Source: Hormiphora californensis | Taxonomy: Eukaryota > Animalia > Ctenophora | Direction of reading: 5' to 3' | DNA: 64,000 nucleotides | NCBI GenBank assembly: GCA_020137815.1 | Contig: CM035357.1 | Coordinates: 2,046,001 to 2,110,000 of the forward strand | Part shown: positions 13,908 to 33,988 of the stretch, piece by piece | Position numbering within the stretch: position 1 is the first letter of the stretch | Layout: every line of letters starts with the position of its first letter | Position numbers and translations under genes: made by a program | Notes under the pieces: generated by a model | What the model was told of the DNA's origin: nothing | Databases searched by the model: none | The model's input: only the letters and a program-made list of their open reading frames with translations

Positions 13908-14821
13908 TACTGTGTTCAGCAGGAACTGCAAGCTGATTGTTGTTAGAAGAGTTTTGGCATATAATAATTCAACAGCGATATAATTTAGCATATAATTGCT
14001 CGAAACAATTTCAACAAAAATAGTAGATTGAAAACATGTTGCCTAAACATTGGAAAACTATTGAAAATGGGAAAACGTAGTAAGTACTGGTAAGAATCGT
14101 TTGCATGCAGTGAGCTCCTAGACGGTCCCATGCATGAGAGAGAGAGAGGGAGAGAGAGGGAGGAAGAGAAAGATACTGAGAAAGATACTGAGAAAGAGAT
14201 GGAGTGAGAGAGATACGATGAATAAAGATAGAGTGAGAGAGATTCATGTGATCACAGTATAACTGTAAAGAGCGATATTGTAATTACGATAACACGTGAT
14301 GTAAACCTAACTGAATGGATTCTAACAATACCTTTAGAGGTACGAAAACAAAAGAAATTACTGTAGCGCTGTTTGTGATAAGAAGGTATTAACAGTTAAA
14401 TCTTCGTAAAATCTGCATTGGAAATGTTACAATATTTCCGGTATACGAAAAACTTTTGCGTGAGAGACAAAAGTCTGTGTCTCTCCTTTGTTACCTCTCT
14501 TTGTCTCTCTCCTTCAAATATTATCCCGTCTCCATCTTAGTAAAACATTCAATCGGTGTTAAAAGTATTTTTCCATATGAGTGGACTGTGGAACTGCGGG
14601 TTCATGGTGTCAGCGGCATGTGATTACAACAATGTGTTATATAATTCCATGCACTACTAAACATTACGGTATTATGGTGATCACCGGTGATCCGTAAAGA
14701 TTTGCATTTGGTCCTTCCTGATCGCATGTGATGCAAGTGCAAATCATTATGGTTTACCCTAATATGTATTTGGTTGGTATCAATTAAAACCTGAAACAAC
14801 TAAACTTCTAAACTAGGAAAG

Positions 14822-19412
<4,591 letters not shown>

Positions 19413-19939
19413 ACGAACAGACACAGTTGGAGAGACAAGTGTTGTAAGTTAGATGACACAGTTTGATCCTGTTTAGTAGCAAGTAGCCAGTGTTCATGAT
19501 AGACGATAGGGCAGCATCACACACCTTTTAATAATATTCCCCCAACATTATTAACGATATATGTGACCCCGATATACCGTGCACCCAGATTTACCGGCCA
19601 AAACCATTTCCCACGGGCAACCCAGTAAATCGGGGTCTGATTGGACATTGGCTTTGAGCAGCATAGGGTTTTGAGATCTTTTTAAGGTAGCAAGTTAAGT
19701 TATTAAGATTTGAGACATTCAAACTGTTTGGGAAGTGAATCTCAGAAAATTAAGGCCCTCAATAGAATGATTTTGTAATATGATAATTTATTAGATTTTG
19801 ATACATGTTTTAAGCATTGCTATATATCGAGTCTCTTTAGTTTCTCTCTGTTTTTAATCTCAGAAACTCTAACTTTAGCATGGTATGGCTGGCGTAGTGG
19901 GTCGATAAACGTGCTAAAAATGTGGTCAATATAACAGCT

Positions 19940-21818
19940 ATGGATAACTTTACTTCAATAACTGGCCAACCTTTCGAGCTTAAAGTCTGTGAGGAGCGGA
20001 ACCTTGGACATCGAGCAAAGTTTTTTGCTGTCTCCAAAGACGGCCAAACGGACTTTAGTAACCCATTTGGACTGTCGGTGGATCGAGATGACAACATTTA
20101 CATAGCAGATGCAGGGAATGGACGGGTCCAGGTGTTTCACAACTCAGGATACTACCTTCGCACAATCGGTGAGTCGTGATTCGGTATAAGAAAGAGGGAG
20201 AGAGAGAGTGAGATAGAAATATAGAGGTATGGAGAACTAATGGAAATTAGTTGGCGGGAAAGGTGGCCCACTTACACCTTTTCACACCACAATAACACAG
20301 TGTGATACCAGGTACAAGTGGAAGAGATAAAGGTGAGATGTTCTGTCCGCGGGATGTAGCTGTGTCTGAACTGGGGCGAGTATATGTGGCGGACAGTGGC
20401 AATCACCGTGTCCAGGTATATACTGAGAACAAGTTTGGTGGATAGCACAAAAATATTCCAAAGTTTTGATATGAACTTTTGGGGCTGGGGATAACCTATA
20501 ACTCTGGCTCATGCAACTCGGGCTCATAGAACTTACACTGTGTTCAAACCCGCTCTACGCCTTGCAGGTTTTTGACTCGGAAGGGACGTTTCAGCAGGTT
20601 ATTGGTAGATCAGGTATCATGGGTACCCTCTTTGGTTCTCAGGGTTCAGGCCAGGGAGCCTTTCATACACCCAGTGGAATCGCTCTGACAGCCGGTTAGT
20701 GCTACTATACTCACTTGCAATACCTTTTCTGCGGTAGATAAATATATGAATGACAGAAGTCTAATTTGGTCTGTTTTTACTACTTTTTGCACATTTAAAT
20801 CTTTTAACAGTGACGCGCCCCCCGTCCCCCAATAATTATCATGGTATTACTTTGCTATGTTCTAACCCTCCCTTTACATTTGTAAATACAGTCTAGCCAG
20901 GGAGCTGATCCCTCATGATATATTGTTTACAGATGGTCAGTACGTAGTAGTTTCAGATAGGGGAAATCACAGGATACAAGTTTTTAACTCTGATGGAACG
21001 TTCATACACTGCTTCGGTTGCCGAGGTCGAAGTCCAGGTGAATCTAATGTAGGATCGGAACACGAGTAACCTAACCCCTAATAATATTAGGGGTTAGGTC
21101 GGGTTAGGTTACATGTTATGTAGGGATTCAACTACCTGTGAAGCCCCTTAGATTACCAAACCAAACCAGTGACTCTTACTAAATCAATTAATTGCATAGT
21201 CTTGGTAATTGTTCCCATCCTCATTCCGCTTTTTAATCACTTCAAGTAAGATAGGGGTGGTAAAATTGTCAAATCAAACTGCAGTGACCCAATTACTGCA
21301 GGTCAGATGTCAGAACCATGGGGTGTGGCTGTTACTCCTGAGGGTTACATTGTGGTTGCAGACAATCAGAACAACAGGTTACAAGTGTTCACATTCGACG
21401 GTGATTTTATCCGGGTGATTGAGGGAGAGGGAGAGCTGATGTTGAACGGCCCATCAGGTATTTCATTAACTAGTGCACCCATTGGGTGTACCTCAGCCCT
21501 CAGGCATGACAGCCCCACCAGGCTCCGCCGAGTGGCCCTCTTTCTTGCCCATTTGACGCTAATTTAATGGTTGCTATAGTACACTAACTCTAGATGTCTA
21601 ATATATCAGGTGTGGCTACTAATAGTGACGGTAGTTACGTAGCAGTAACAGATACAGGCAATGATCGGGTTGTGGTGTTCACTATAGCGGGGGAGTTTGT
21701 TGACTGCTATGAGGGGGGCATGTCGCTGCCTCGAGGTGTCACCATTGATTCAATGAGCCGAGTTATTGTTAGTGATACAGTCAACAGTCAGATACAGTGC
21801 CTGTACTGGAAGGCTTGA
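19940..21818 (+). CDS. NHL-repeat beta-propeller protein (TRIM2/3/71-type NHL domain with no RING/B-box visible), multi-exon
   Basis: Repeated NHL motifs: FSNPFGLSVDRDDNIYIADAGNGRVQVF, FHTPSGIA, VSDRGNHRIQVF, SEPWGVAVTPEGYIVVADNQNNRLQVF, PRGVTIDSMSRVIVSD. Confidence 0.85.
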
Positions 21819-22126
21819 GAGTTTGTCGTACAACTTACAAGCGAAATACTTTTAAAGTCTAGGACATATATTTTATGTGTGTGTGAATAATTTCCTTTAA
21901 ATCAACTGGTGTGATTAGTTCATAGATTAATTAATGTTTTAGCAAGTTGTAAATTTTTAATTATTTTAGTTTTAGCGATCAAAGGGTTGTCTTGATCAAG
22001 CGATTTAAAAGAGTGTGAATATATTGTGTTATCTGTCTTATATAAATCATCATTTTCCAAATTAATTATCCGTTTGACTACATTCAATTAAAATTTTCCA
22101 ATTAACAAATTGTTAATTATAGTGCC

Positions 22127-23971
<1,845 letters not shown>

Positions 23972-24295
23972 GTTCAGACGGGAATACTGTAATACAGTGG
24001 TAACCATGGTAACCATGGCAATTGTCATGTGGTCATGGAAACAAAAGGGAGTGACAATACAGTCGGACCGGGATCCTCGGGGAAGCCGTTTTGCCTAGTA
24101 AATCGGGGTCCGACTGTACATAATATGGACTGTTTTTATTTGTGTTTTCATTTTTGATTGTAGCAACCTTTTAATTTTGTATCTGACTTTATCCTTTTTT
24201 AGAAACTTTTTTGTTTCATCGCGACGTTTTTTAATGTTTTTGTTTCAGACTTATACCCTTTCTATCATGGTAACCCCTTCTACTGTATTATAGTG

Positions 24296-26859
24296 ATGAC
24301 TCTCCTGAGTGGGGTCCAAATTGGGAAGAGAATTCTCTCCAGACGGCCCATTTACAGGCTCCTCACCTCCTCCCCCACTCCATCTGTGGTGGATCTAACG
24401 GAGCGACGTGCATTAGTTGAGGTTTCTGGGGAACAGAGCTTCAAGCTCCTTCAGGTATTTTGGGGCAAAGCTACCCTGATATACTCCGATTTACAGGGAC
24501 CCCGCACCGATTTACCGGGAGGATAAATTCCCCCAATTTAGGAAATTAAAAGTATTTGACCCCGACATACCGGACAAAACCCTTTCCCCCGAGGATCGGA
24601 GTTCGGGTCCGACTGTAATTTGTACATTGTTTTTTGCAGGGTTTGATAACGAACGATATGGCTCGTCTGGAAGAGACACCCTCTATTTACACGCACATAC
24701 TAAATGTTAAGGGACGGATCATGTTCGATAACCTTGTCTACAATGTTGGGTCAAACCGATATTTGATTGAGGTACATAATCATCATTCATCGGTCTAAAC
24801 GAAAACACAAACTAAAAAGGTCATTATATCTCCACTCAAACAGATATAATGGAGTTATCCGGAGCTTTTTAACAAAATTAACTGTTACAAACCATTCCAG
24901 GTAGATAAGAGTCTTCTGCCAATCTTCACTAAGACTCTGAAGATGTATAATATTAGAACGAGAGCTTCCATCTCGGCAGTAGAGGAACCAATATTTGCCT
25001 CTTTCGGGGGAACTCTGTAAGTTAATTAATTAAGTTAGTTAATTAAGTTAGTTAATTAATTTATTAAATTAATTAAGTTAATTAATCACTTGTCTATATT
25101 ATTTGTGTATTTTTCATACTTTCATACTCAATAGAAGAACATCATTGTTCTGAATGAGATCTGAGCAAGCAATTATATAATCAGTTGTTTCGCTATTTTA
25201 GTCCCTCTCTCTACAGAACGGAAGGGTACCAAGATCCAAGGTTGACCGACTTGGGTTGTAGGCACATTAGCTCTCCGCCTCCTTGCCTCCCAACTGTATC
25301 AATAGGTAAAACAGTATATACAATTGGGTTAATGGAATTTAACGGATAGTCGATTTGAAGTTTTGTACTTCTACACATATTATCATGTATCGTTGATACT
25401 TTCCAATACGATCCAGGTATCAAGTCACTGGGCTCAGCAACCCGGGAATTGGACCCAGTGACTGGTATAATTTGTTCCATTCCCCAGATCACTACGATAA
25501 GTGGCGAGTACAACTCGGTGTGGGAGAGGGATCACGAGACATAACCATTGACAAGGATTTTCCGTTTGAACATAACTTGGACTTTTTGAATGGGGTGTCT
25601 TTCAACAAGGGCTGCTACATAGGTAGGCTGATTAATTGTTAGCATAGTCGCATGGGCGATGATTGGTACTGAGCTGAACTGTTAGTCATATACTTAGATA
25701 ATGATATATTACATGGGTTACTGATAACATAGATGGATAACATATTTTATGAATCCTAATTCCTGACACGCATGGGCGCCCCATAAATTTCGGGGAATGT
25801 CGCCCCTTACTTTTTGGGAGATGGGGAGTGCAGTAGGCCATGCCCCCCACTTTTAATTTTTCAGGGTGGAAGCTATAAAATTTTGCCTCCTATTCTTATC
25901 TCTATCGAGGTACATAGAGATTGAGAGCGATTGATTGACCAGCCCATCGTTCCACTTGTACAGTTTCGGTATTTCTCCACTGAAACGGGTTATCTGTCGT
26001 CTCAATGTACAACTTTCGAAATTCAAAGCCAATCAAGAAGGCCTCCGCCTAGTTTATCACTGTGCATTGTACAAAGTCTGCTATGTAGTCTGATGCAAAT
26101 CGTTCACTTTTGATTTCGGAATTCGGTTACCCAACACTAGAACCAGCGCCAGCTCAGGTCGGTTGCATGTAAGTCATGAACGAAGATTAGGGACTCCTTT
26201 TACCCAAGATGGTTCCATCATGGTTTGGAGCAGCTAAATTTGGTCCCCAAAATAGTGAAAATTTGCGACCTTTACCTCGAAAATCTCGAAAATGATTAAC
26301 CACGGAATCCATTCATTTGTCACGTGATCGGTCACGTGATATTACACATAGGTTAAAATTTCGCCCCCCATACGTAAAATCTTCCACTACATGCCTGATT
26401 CCTGATCTATCCGAAATCCTGAAACCGTCCCAACTCCCTATCCCACTAATTTTACAGGCCAAGAGTTGACAGCCAGGACGCACCATGTTGGAGAGACAAG
26501 AAAGAGGGTAGTACCTGTCTCGATCACTGGACATCCACCTACCAACCTCCCTACACGCATATACTCTGGTAATAGTTCCTAACACGATCTACCTTTTTTG
26601 GCCCCTTTTTCAATTAATTGTCTTGTTGTTCAGCCCTTTTTTCTCAAGGGATCTCAATGTAATTTGAAAGATCATCTCTCTAGGTAAGCGTGCAGCAGGG
26701 AAACTCCTCTCGGTGTACGACAACATTGGTCTTGCAATAATCCGCCTACCCTACCTTGGCTCTCCTCTTACTATCGAGAGATCCTCTGCTTACCCTGGTG
26801 CCTATGGCATGAGGTCTTCCTACAAACTTGCCGACTGGTGTCAGAAATCTCTGCTCTAG
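24296..26859 (+). CDS. IBA57: Mitochondrial Fe-S assembly factor IBA57/CAF17 (YgfZ/GcvT family), multi-exon
   Basis: RALVEVSGEQSFKLLQ|GLITNDM, LNVKGR, FPFEHNLDFLNGVSFNKGCYI|GQELTARTHHVGETRKRVVP (KGCYxGQE signature), AAGKLLSVYDNIGLAIIRL. Confidence 0.92.
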
Positions 26860-29800
26860 ATTGTTGGGAGGCCGAACGAATGTGAGACCATCGACTGGGG
26901 TGGGTCGCTTCAGTAGAGTTTGTACCTCGTTCGCGTAGTTGATTAAATTACCGTTCATCAATACGAAGCCTTTCCCCGTCTAATCTAAGTTTAATTAGGA
27001 AGTCTAATTCATCTCATGTGTAATTAGCAATTGTAATCAAATCTAATTAGTAATTAGCTACAGTCGGACCCCGATTTAGGGCCCCCATTTGTGGCCACCC
27101 CGATTAGGGACAGGATTTTTTTCCCGCCCAGGCGCCGATATAGGAAATAACATTATTTGACCCCGATTAGTGGACACCCCGATTTAGTGGACAAGAGCCT
27201 TTCCCCCGAGGGTGTCCCTAAATCGGGGTCCGACTGTAATTAATTATATGCCCAACAGGTCCAGCAGGCCCGAGTGGGAGACATCTTCGTGGCAGTGAAA
27301 AAGTTCTCCCCCTCTGATCGGAACAGTTTCATCAACGAGCTGATGATCATGTCAGAGAAAAAGGATGTCTATGTGTTGTGTCTGTTAGGGTACCTGCATA
27401 ACGATTCAATTGGGCAACTGTGGATTATCTCCGAGTACTATGCCCTTAGGTATTGAACCTTATTTTCTTTTATCTTTTCTATTTATCTTTTCTCTCTCTA
27501 TCTCTCTATCTTTCTCTCCCCCCTCTCTCCCCTAGTGAGGCATACAAAGTTTCACCATCTTTCTCTCCTTTTTAGGAAACTTGAGTGACTATCTACGGCA
27601 GCACACCCTAACGGTTCGACAGTGTCTTCACATTCTTAGTACCTTCATCAGTGGACTGTGTTTCCTTCACAGTGAACCACAGGTAAGATTGTTACTTTAA
27701 CTAAGGAGTAAGGGAGAGAGAAGTGTGGTGAGATTGTTACTTTAACTAAGGGAGAGAGAAAGCACTGTAGTGAGATTGTTACTTTAACTATAAGGGAGAG
27801 CAGTTTATCCAATCTCACTTCTCACTCTCATTCAGCCGGTGGCCCATAGAGACATCAAATCGCGGAATATTCTGATGGCGGACCACAAGACTGCGAAACT
27901 GGCTGATTTCGGTCTGGCACTTCTCCTGGATTCAGGGCCAGGAGGGGCACTAAACGACAAGGCTGCCCCTCCAACACAAGTTGGCACTGCCCGATACATG
28001 GCACCCGAGGTAATGAAATTCCCTATTATATGGTGATGTTTCATTATGTCCAAATATGGTGTTTTGTAACATATCATGCCCAAATATGGTGTGCTGTAAC
28101 ATATTATGCCCAAATTAGGTTCTGGAGGGATCTATGTTTTACCGGGAGGCCGAGGCGCACATGAGGATTGATGTGTATGCCAGTAGTTTGGTAATGTGGG
28201 AGATCATGTGGAGAACTCAACTCAGTACTGCCGACCAGGTACTCTAGTACGACTCTTTTTTAGGCCACACACTTTCAATTTCCCCATTCCCCTCCTTAAC
28301 CCTTTAAGGGCGAGAAGGATTGGCTCGATAGATTTTTCTAATTTTTCGTTTATAAGTAGATATTATTACCACAAACTACCTCGAAAAAGAAATTTGAAGT
28401 TTCGACATGTAGTTTTTGCTGGGCCCACTGTGTCATATATGACTCTATCGTCCGTAAGGGAATTCTAGTAACAAATGTCATTTGTGCAAAAGTATGGGTC
28501 CAATAGTCAAATTTTATGCTTTGAGGCAGTCTATAGCTATAATTTCTACAATCTTGAACGGTTTTTACTAGAAAAATACCCCAAATTCTACATTTTGTAT
28601 CATATATGACTCTATCGTCCCAATTGGTAAATTCTCCAAAATCATCCATAACTCGGGCTAGAAAAGGAGCTAAGAGTCAAATCAGGGCACTAAACTGTGT
28701 AGAATCATCGCATTAGTGGGGGTAGAGCACATATTTAGGTCGCTATCTTGCCCCCTAATTGAGATAATTGGATAAATAGCCAATTATCTGTCCCGCGCAT
28801 GCTAATAAATGAAACTTTGCTTTGAGAAGGAGTTATGAGGCAAATGGGGGCACTAAAATGTGGAGAATCATCACATTAGTGGGGTTAGAGCACATATTTA
28901 GGTCTCTATCTGGACCCCTAATTGAGATAATTTGATAATTAGCTAATTAGTTGCCCTCCAGCGCTAAAAATTAAATTTGGCGGAGTATACAAGACAAATG
29001 GGGGCACTAAAATGTGTAAAATCGTCGCCTTAGTGGGGGCAGAGCACATAGCTGAGTTTCTATTCCCGCTCCTAATTGAGATAATTGGATAATTAGCTAA
29101 TTGACGGTTGCATAATGCCCCCTTTTCACCATATACCGTGGTTTCTGGCTAATCCTGAGCTCTTTTGTTCAATCTAAGGATCTTTTGGCATCCCTTTACC
29201 CCATTTGTATCACCTTTGACTCGTTTTACACAATAATATAGCACTCTATACTACCCTAGACGCCGACTTCAGCTCTGTACAACCCCCTTGCTTCATCCTA
29301 CCCCTAGCTAGACCTCTCATACACCATACTAAACGCCTTCTACAGATCTTCTTTATTTCCGATGGAGTTCATGAGAAGTTTTCTTAGTGGCAAATGAGAT
29401 TGTGAGAGTGATGAGGAGAAATTATGTAGGAGGAATCTAAACTGTGTGTCCAATAATAAAATGGGAAACTGTAGTACATTAGGGGTTGAACGTCTTGTAG
29501 GAGCAATAGGATATCCCAAAAAAAATCGGCTAGGAAGGTGTATGGATCTCGAAATTATGAGAGGTCTAGGATTAAGCAAGAGGGTTCTAAAGAGCTGAAG
29601 GCGGTGTCTAGGGTTGTATAGAGTGCTATATTAGTGTGTAAAACGAGTCAAAGGTGATACAAATGGGTAAAGGGATGCTAGAAGGGCCTTAGATTGAACA
29701 AAAGAGCTCAGGATTAGCCAGAAACCACGGTTTACGGTGAAAAGGGGGCATTATGCAACCGTCAATTAGCTAATTATCCAGTTATCTCAATTAGGAGCGG

Positions 29801-31059
29801 GAATAGAAACTCAGCTATGTGCTCTGCCTCTACTAAGGCGACGATTTTACACATTTTAGTGCCCCTATTTGTCTTGTATACTCCGCCAAATTTAATTTTT
29901 AGCGCTGGAGGGCAACTAATTAGCTAATTATCCAATTATCTCAATTAGGGGTCCAGATAGAGACCTAAATATGTGCTCTAACCCCACTAATGTGATGATT
30001 CTACACATTTTATTGCCCCCATTTGCCTCATAACTCCTTCTCAAAGCAAAGTTTCATTTATTAGCATGCGCGGGACAGATAATTGGCTAATTATCCAATT
30101 ATCTCAATTAGGGGGCAAGATAGCGACCTAAATATGTGCTCTACCCCCACTAATGCGATGATTCTACACAGTTTAGTGCCCTGATTTGACTCTTAGCTCC
30201 TTTTCTAGCCCGAGTTATGGATGTTTTTGGAGAATTTACCAGTTGGGACGATAGAGTCATATATGATACAAAATGTAGAATTTGGGGTATTTTTCTAGTA
30301 AAAACCGTTCAAGATTGTAGAAATTATAGCTATAGACTGCCTCAAAGCATAAAATTTGACTATTGGACCCATGCTTTTGCACAAATGACATTTGTTACTA
30401 GAATTCCCTTACGGACGATAGAGTCATATATGATACAACGACTAAAACGTTAATAACTCATTCAATTTTCAATATTTTTTGATGCGGTTTTTTGCATTCG
30501 ATTTGTTATGTCAAGTAGTTTTATCCCTTCAAAGGATTATTTGTGCCCCTCAAAAGCAAAAATTTGAGAGGGGTTTTTAAAAAAAGGCCTAAATTAGCCT
30601 CCCGAGAAGGGCCATAAAAAAATTTCTTTGATTTTCCGAGCAGATTTGGACGTGGTTTTGGGTTCAAAATCCCTAAAACTAGCTTGTGACAAAAAATTAG
30701 CCACCTAGACATCATGTAGCGCCTTCCAGACGGTCTAGAATGGACCGTGTCATATATGACCTATCGCCCTCAAAGGGTTAACCCCAACACCTGTCCCACA
30801 ACCCCGTCCCTCCCCTCACTCTCCCTCTAACCTCTCTCCACTCTCTCCCACCCTCACCCTCTCCCACCTCTCTCTCCCCCTCACCCCTCCCTCACAGGTG
30901 GAGCAGTACATGTTACCATTTGAGAGGCTGATCCCTGGCCACCCCACACCATGCGATATGCAGGGTATCGTTGTCACGGAAAAGAGGCGGCCCGAACTAA
31001 GGAAGGCATGGGTGAATGACCCCATCTTTAGTAAACTAGAGGTAATTTAAATACACTCA

Positions 31060-31135
<76 letters not shown>

Positions 31136-31283
31136 AAACAGAGTTCGTAATAATATCGTTGCCCAGGTGACACTGACAGAAAGTTGGGACAACGACGAGA
31201 ACGCCAGGTTATCTTCCAAAACCATCCAAGCCAGAGTTCTTCCTCTCCTTTCAACAGAAAATGACTCGGAAGTGTCGGTGTGA
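26860..31283 (+). CDS. TGF-beta/activin type II receptor-like Ser/Thr kinase domain; no ectodomain, TM or start codon found
   Basis: GVGRFSR|VQQARVGDIFVAVKKF, LWIISEYY, GNLSDYLRQHTL, GLCFLHSE, VAHRDIKSRNILM, ADFGLAL, QVGTARYMAPE|VLEG, RIDVYASSLVMWEIMWR, YMLPFE, VVTEKRRP, ESWDNDENARLS. Confidence 0.85.
27061..27236. mobile_element. TA-flanked CAGTCGGACCCCGATTTA-family MITE (high copy; other copies or fragments near 17344, 24060, 24480, 50592, 63938)
   Basis: TIR CAGTCGGACCCCGATTTAG...CTAAATCGGGGTCCGACTG with TA TSD. Confidence 0.85.
28300..30777. mobile_element. Non-autonomous piggyBac-like element with ~900-bp internal inverted repeat, in a kinase intron
   Basis: TTAA|CCCTTTAAGGGCGA...TCGCCCTCAAAGGG|TTAA; arms ~28430-29330 and ~29570-30435 are near-perfect reverse complements. 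Confidence 0.85.
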
Positions 31284-31616
31284 GGTGAACATGATTCAGA
31301 ATGAAGTGTCTGGGACGTCTGTGTGAAGATGAATACTGAAAAAACTCGAACTCCAAAATCCAAACGGGTATTCACAGGCTAACCGCAGACTCAATAAAAA
31401 GACAATTTTAACACCATTTTATCATCTTATATGTTTGTAAAATATGCCAAAACAATCTTTATTTTACTATTTTATTTTCTTTATCTCCTGGTACAAGCCT
31501 ATTTATTTTACCTGACCCTAACTTAATTCCTTGTGTATCTGTTTCCCTTCCTTAACTTGGTTCGATAACTATTTAATATTTGAATTATTAATACACATTC
31601 CCCATCCTCTACTAGA

Positions 31617-33176
31617 ATGTCTATTGAGGCTATGGTTCAGGGATGGGGTAGGAAGATTGTGGAAAACATTAACATCATAGTCCTCGCCCTCACCTGGCTG
31701 ACCTGTCTCTGTGAGTATTTCATATTCGCTATAGAAACTTTCCTTGTGGGTTTCGGACATGTTTTGTAACCTAGTGTTTTCTTTGCAGCCCTGATAGGAA
31801 TGTCCTGTGGGATCTTGTTCTCAAATTACAGGCACAATGACTGGAAGTTAGCTGTTTATTGCATGTAAGTTGCCTGATTAAAACATATCAGTTACCATGG
31901 TTACCTTTTTTACATTAGCCTGAATAGCTCTCAAATTTTTGAGTTTCTATTTCCTTGACTTCAAGTTCATCCCTCCCTATTTCCCCCGATTCACCCACAC
32001 TAACTATTGATTAATTCACATCACTCTCCTATCAGGTTTGTTGGACTGCTAATGTTTGCTATCGATGGGGCTGCTGACATTATAGTTAACCAGAACTGCA
32101 CTGAGGACAATGTTCGGTTGGCAACCATCCAACGGTACTGTCGAGCCTTCAAAAACTGGATATCACCTATGAAGAAATGGTTAGTTATGCTTCTTCTTTT
32201 GTACCGCGGGCCTTGCGAAGCCAAAACGTGTCGTTGTGTCGTTGAGTGGCGGCTGGTCCCTGGCTAGATGTTGATTGTTGGGTATAAAATGGAACAAAAT
32301 GGAATGTGTTTTCCACTTCCCCGTGAAAAATGATAATACTAATTTTTAGGTACGCACACACACACACACATACCCAGTAGCAACAAGCATAATTATCACA
32401 GCTCAAATTTCTCCCTGAATGTTCTCGCTTAACAATGGTTGATACTTTCTTGGGATTTTCTTTCTCCTAAATTAATCAGAAATTAGTTTTAGCCCTTTGG
32501 GGACGATAGTGAACCAGCAATTTAATTAATTTATTAGAAAATTTATTAATTGGTTTGCACTTGTACTTATACCCCCTCCCTTTCAGTGCGATATACATTG
32601 TATTGGCCCTTCCCCTGTTTCTCAACTTCACCCTAACTGCCATCGGTGGAATGCTCCTCTTCCTTACTGCCATTGCACTTGCCATCCAGGTGAAGGTGAA
32701 TTGTTATTTGTTTCCATATATGGTCATGTGATGACGTCACGTGGATTGTTATTTGTTTCCTTATATGGTCATGTGATGACGTCACGTGGATTGTTATATT
32801 TCCCATATATGGAATTAATCTATAACCGTCTCTCTCAATTTCCTCAGCACCAACCCCACTCCTACGATGAGTTAGATGAGGATGATGGTCCGATTTCGGG
32901 AATTAACTCCGGTGATATCGTCCGACCTGGAACTGGTGGAGGTGGGAAGTGTACCCGGTGTTGGAGCTAGAGATGTTGAGGTATGGTAAAATGAGTATTT
33001 ACCCTGGAAGAAGTTTGGATATTTATCTTGTGTCCTGCCAAGATCCGCAAACTCAAGTGTCAATATTTCCTAACATCTTCCCCCTTCTTCAGAGCCCGCC
33101 TGCCCCCGACTGGGATGTCGTGAGATCACCACCAAAAGAGATACCTACCAGTGATGATAACCTCCTACTGGGATGA
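31617..33176 (+). CDS. Small multi-pass membrane protein, TMEM72/Flower (CACFD1)-like, multi-exon
   Basis: Spliced translation ...LALTWLTCLSLIGMSCGILF...KLAVYCMFVGLLMFAIDGA...C...KNWISPMKKCAIYIVLALPLFLNFTLTAIGGMLLFLTAIALAIQ then an acidic tail; about 4 hydrophobic segments. Confidence 0.65.
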
Positions 33177-33897
33177 TACTAGGGTGATAACCTCCTCGCT
33201 CCTGGGGTGATAAGGGTGATAACCTCCTCCTGGGATGAAGGGTAATGAGGGTAATAATAAGCGCATACCCACAATATATGTTTACTACAGACAAATCAAG
33301 TAGGATGGAACTATAAAACTGTTGCACATAATTGGTGCATCAATACATGGTACCCGAGTACTTTTTGTAACTTGGTGCACTAACTAGATCGCTGCATTAA
33401 AACGAGGTTCAGGGACCCCTAGACCTCGTTTTACTGCAGATCTAGTTTTACCCACTTCTATGCTCCAGACCCTATTATAAATCTTTTAGATAAAAAGTTC
33501 CCTTCTATCAATCTGTACAATAAGTTCTCCGCTATCGATCTTTTAAAAGCAGCTTTACTCTCACTATATCCCATATATTTTTCCCTGTTCTCAGTTCATC
33601 CAGATTCCAGGGCTGTATTTGTGTGTAGACACCACGTGGTTGTAACGGCTACACATTTTATCATGTTTATATCTTTTATTTGAACATGAATTTAACACTT
33701 TTTATGTTAAAAAGAGCAATGTTTGATTTTAGAAATCACTGGCGGTGTGTGTGGTTTTAAAATTGCCTAATCTTGGAATTTTGTGCGTTAATTTGTAACA
33801 AAGATCGTTTCTCAAAAACGCTGTTTTCCTACACCCGAAATCCCTGGTAAAGAAGTTACCCCTCCCTTGCCAGCGCGAGGGATTATTTCGTAACCAA

Positions 33898-33960
33898 CCG
33901 AAATCCCTTGCCCTATAAATGCCCCTAGTATTTCTTATTTACAAAACACAACTCTTCTTC
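33898..33960 (+). promoter_or_regulatory. TATA-containing promoter block duplicated upstream of ParB-like paralogs 1 and 2
   Basis: CCGAAATCCCT.GCCCTATAAAT.CCCCTAGTA...TTTCTTAT.TACAAAACACAAC also present at ~40431-40490. Confidence 0.6.
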
Positions 33961-33988
33961 TAGCATTTTGTTTGATGGCCCAAAGATC

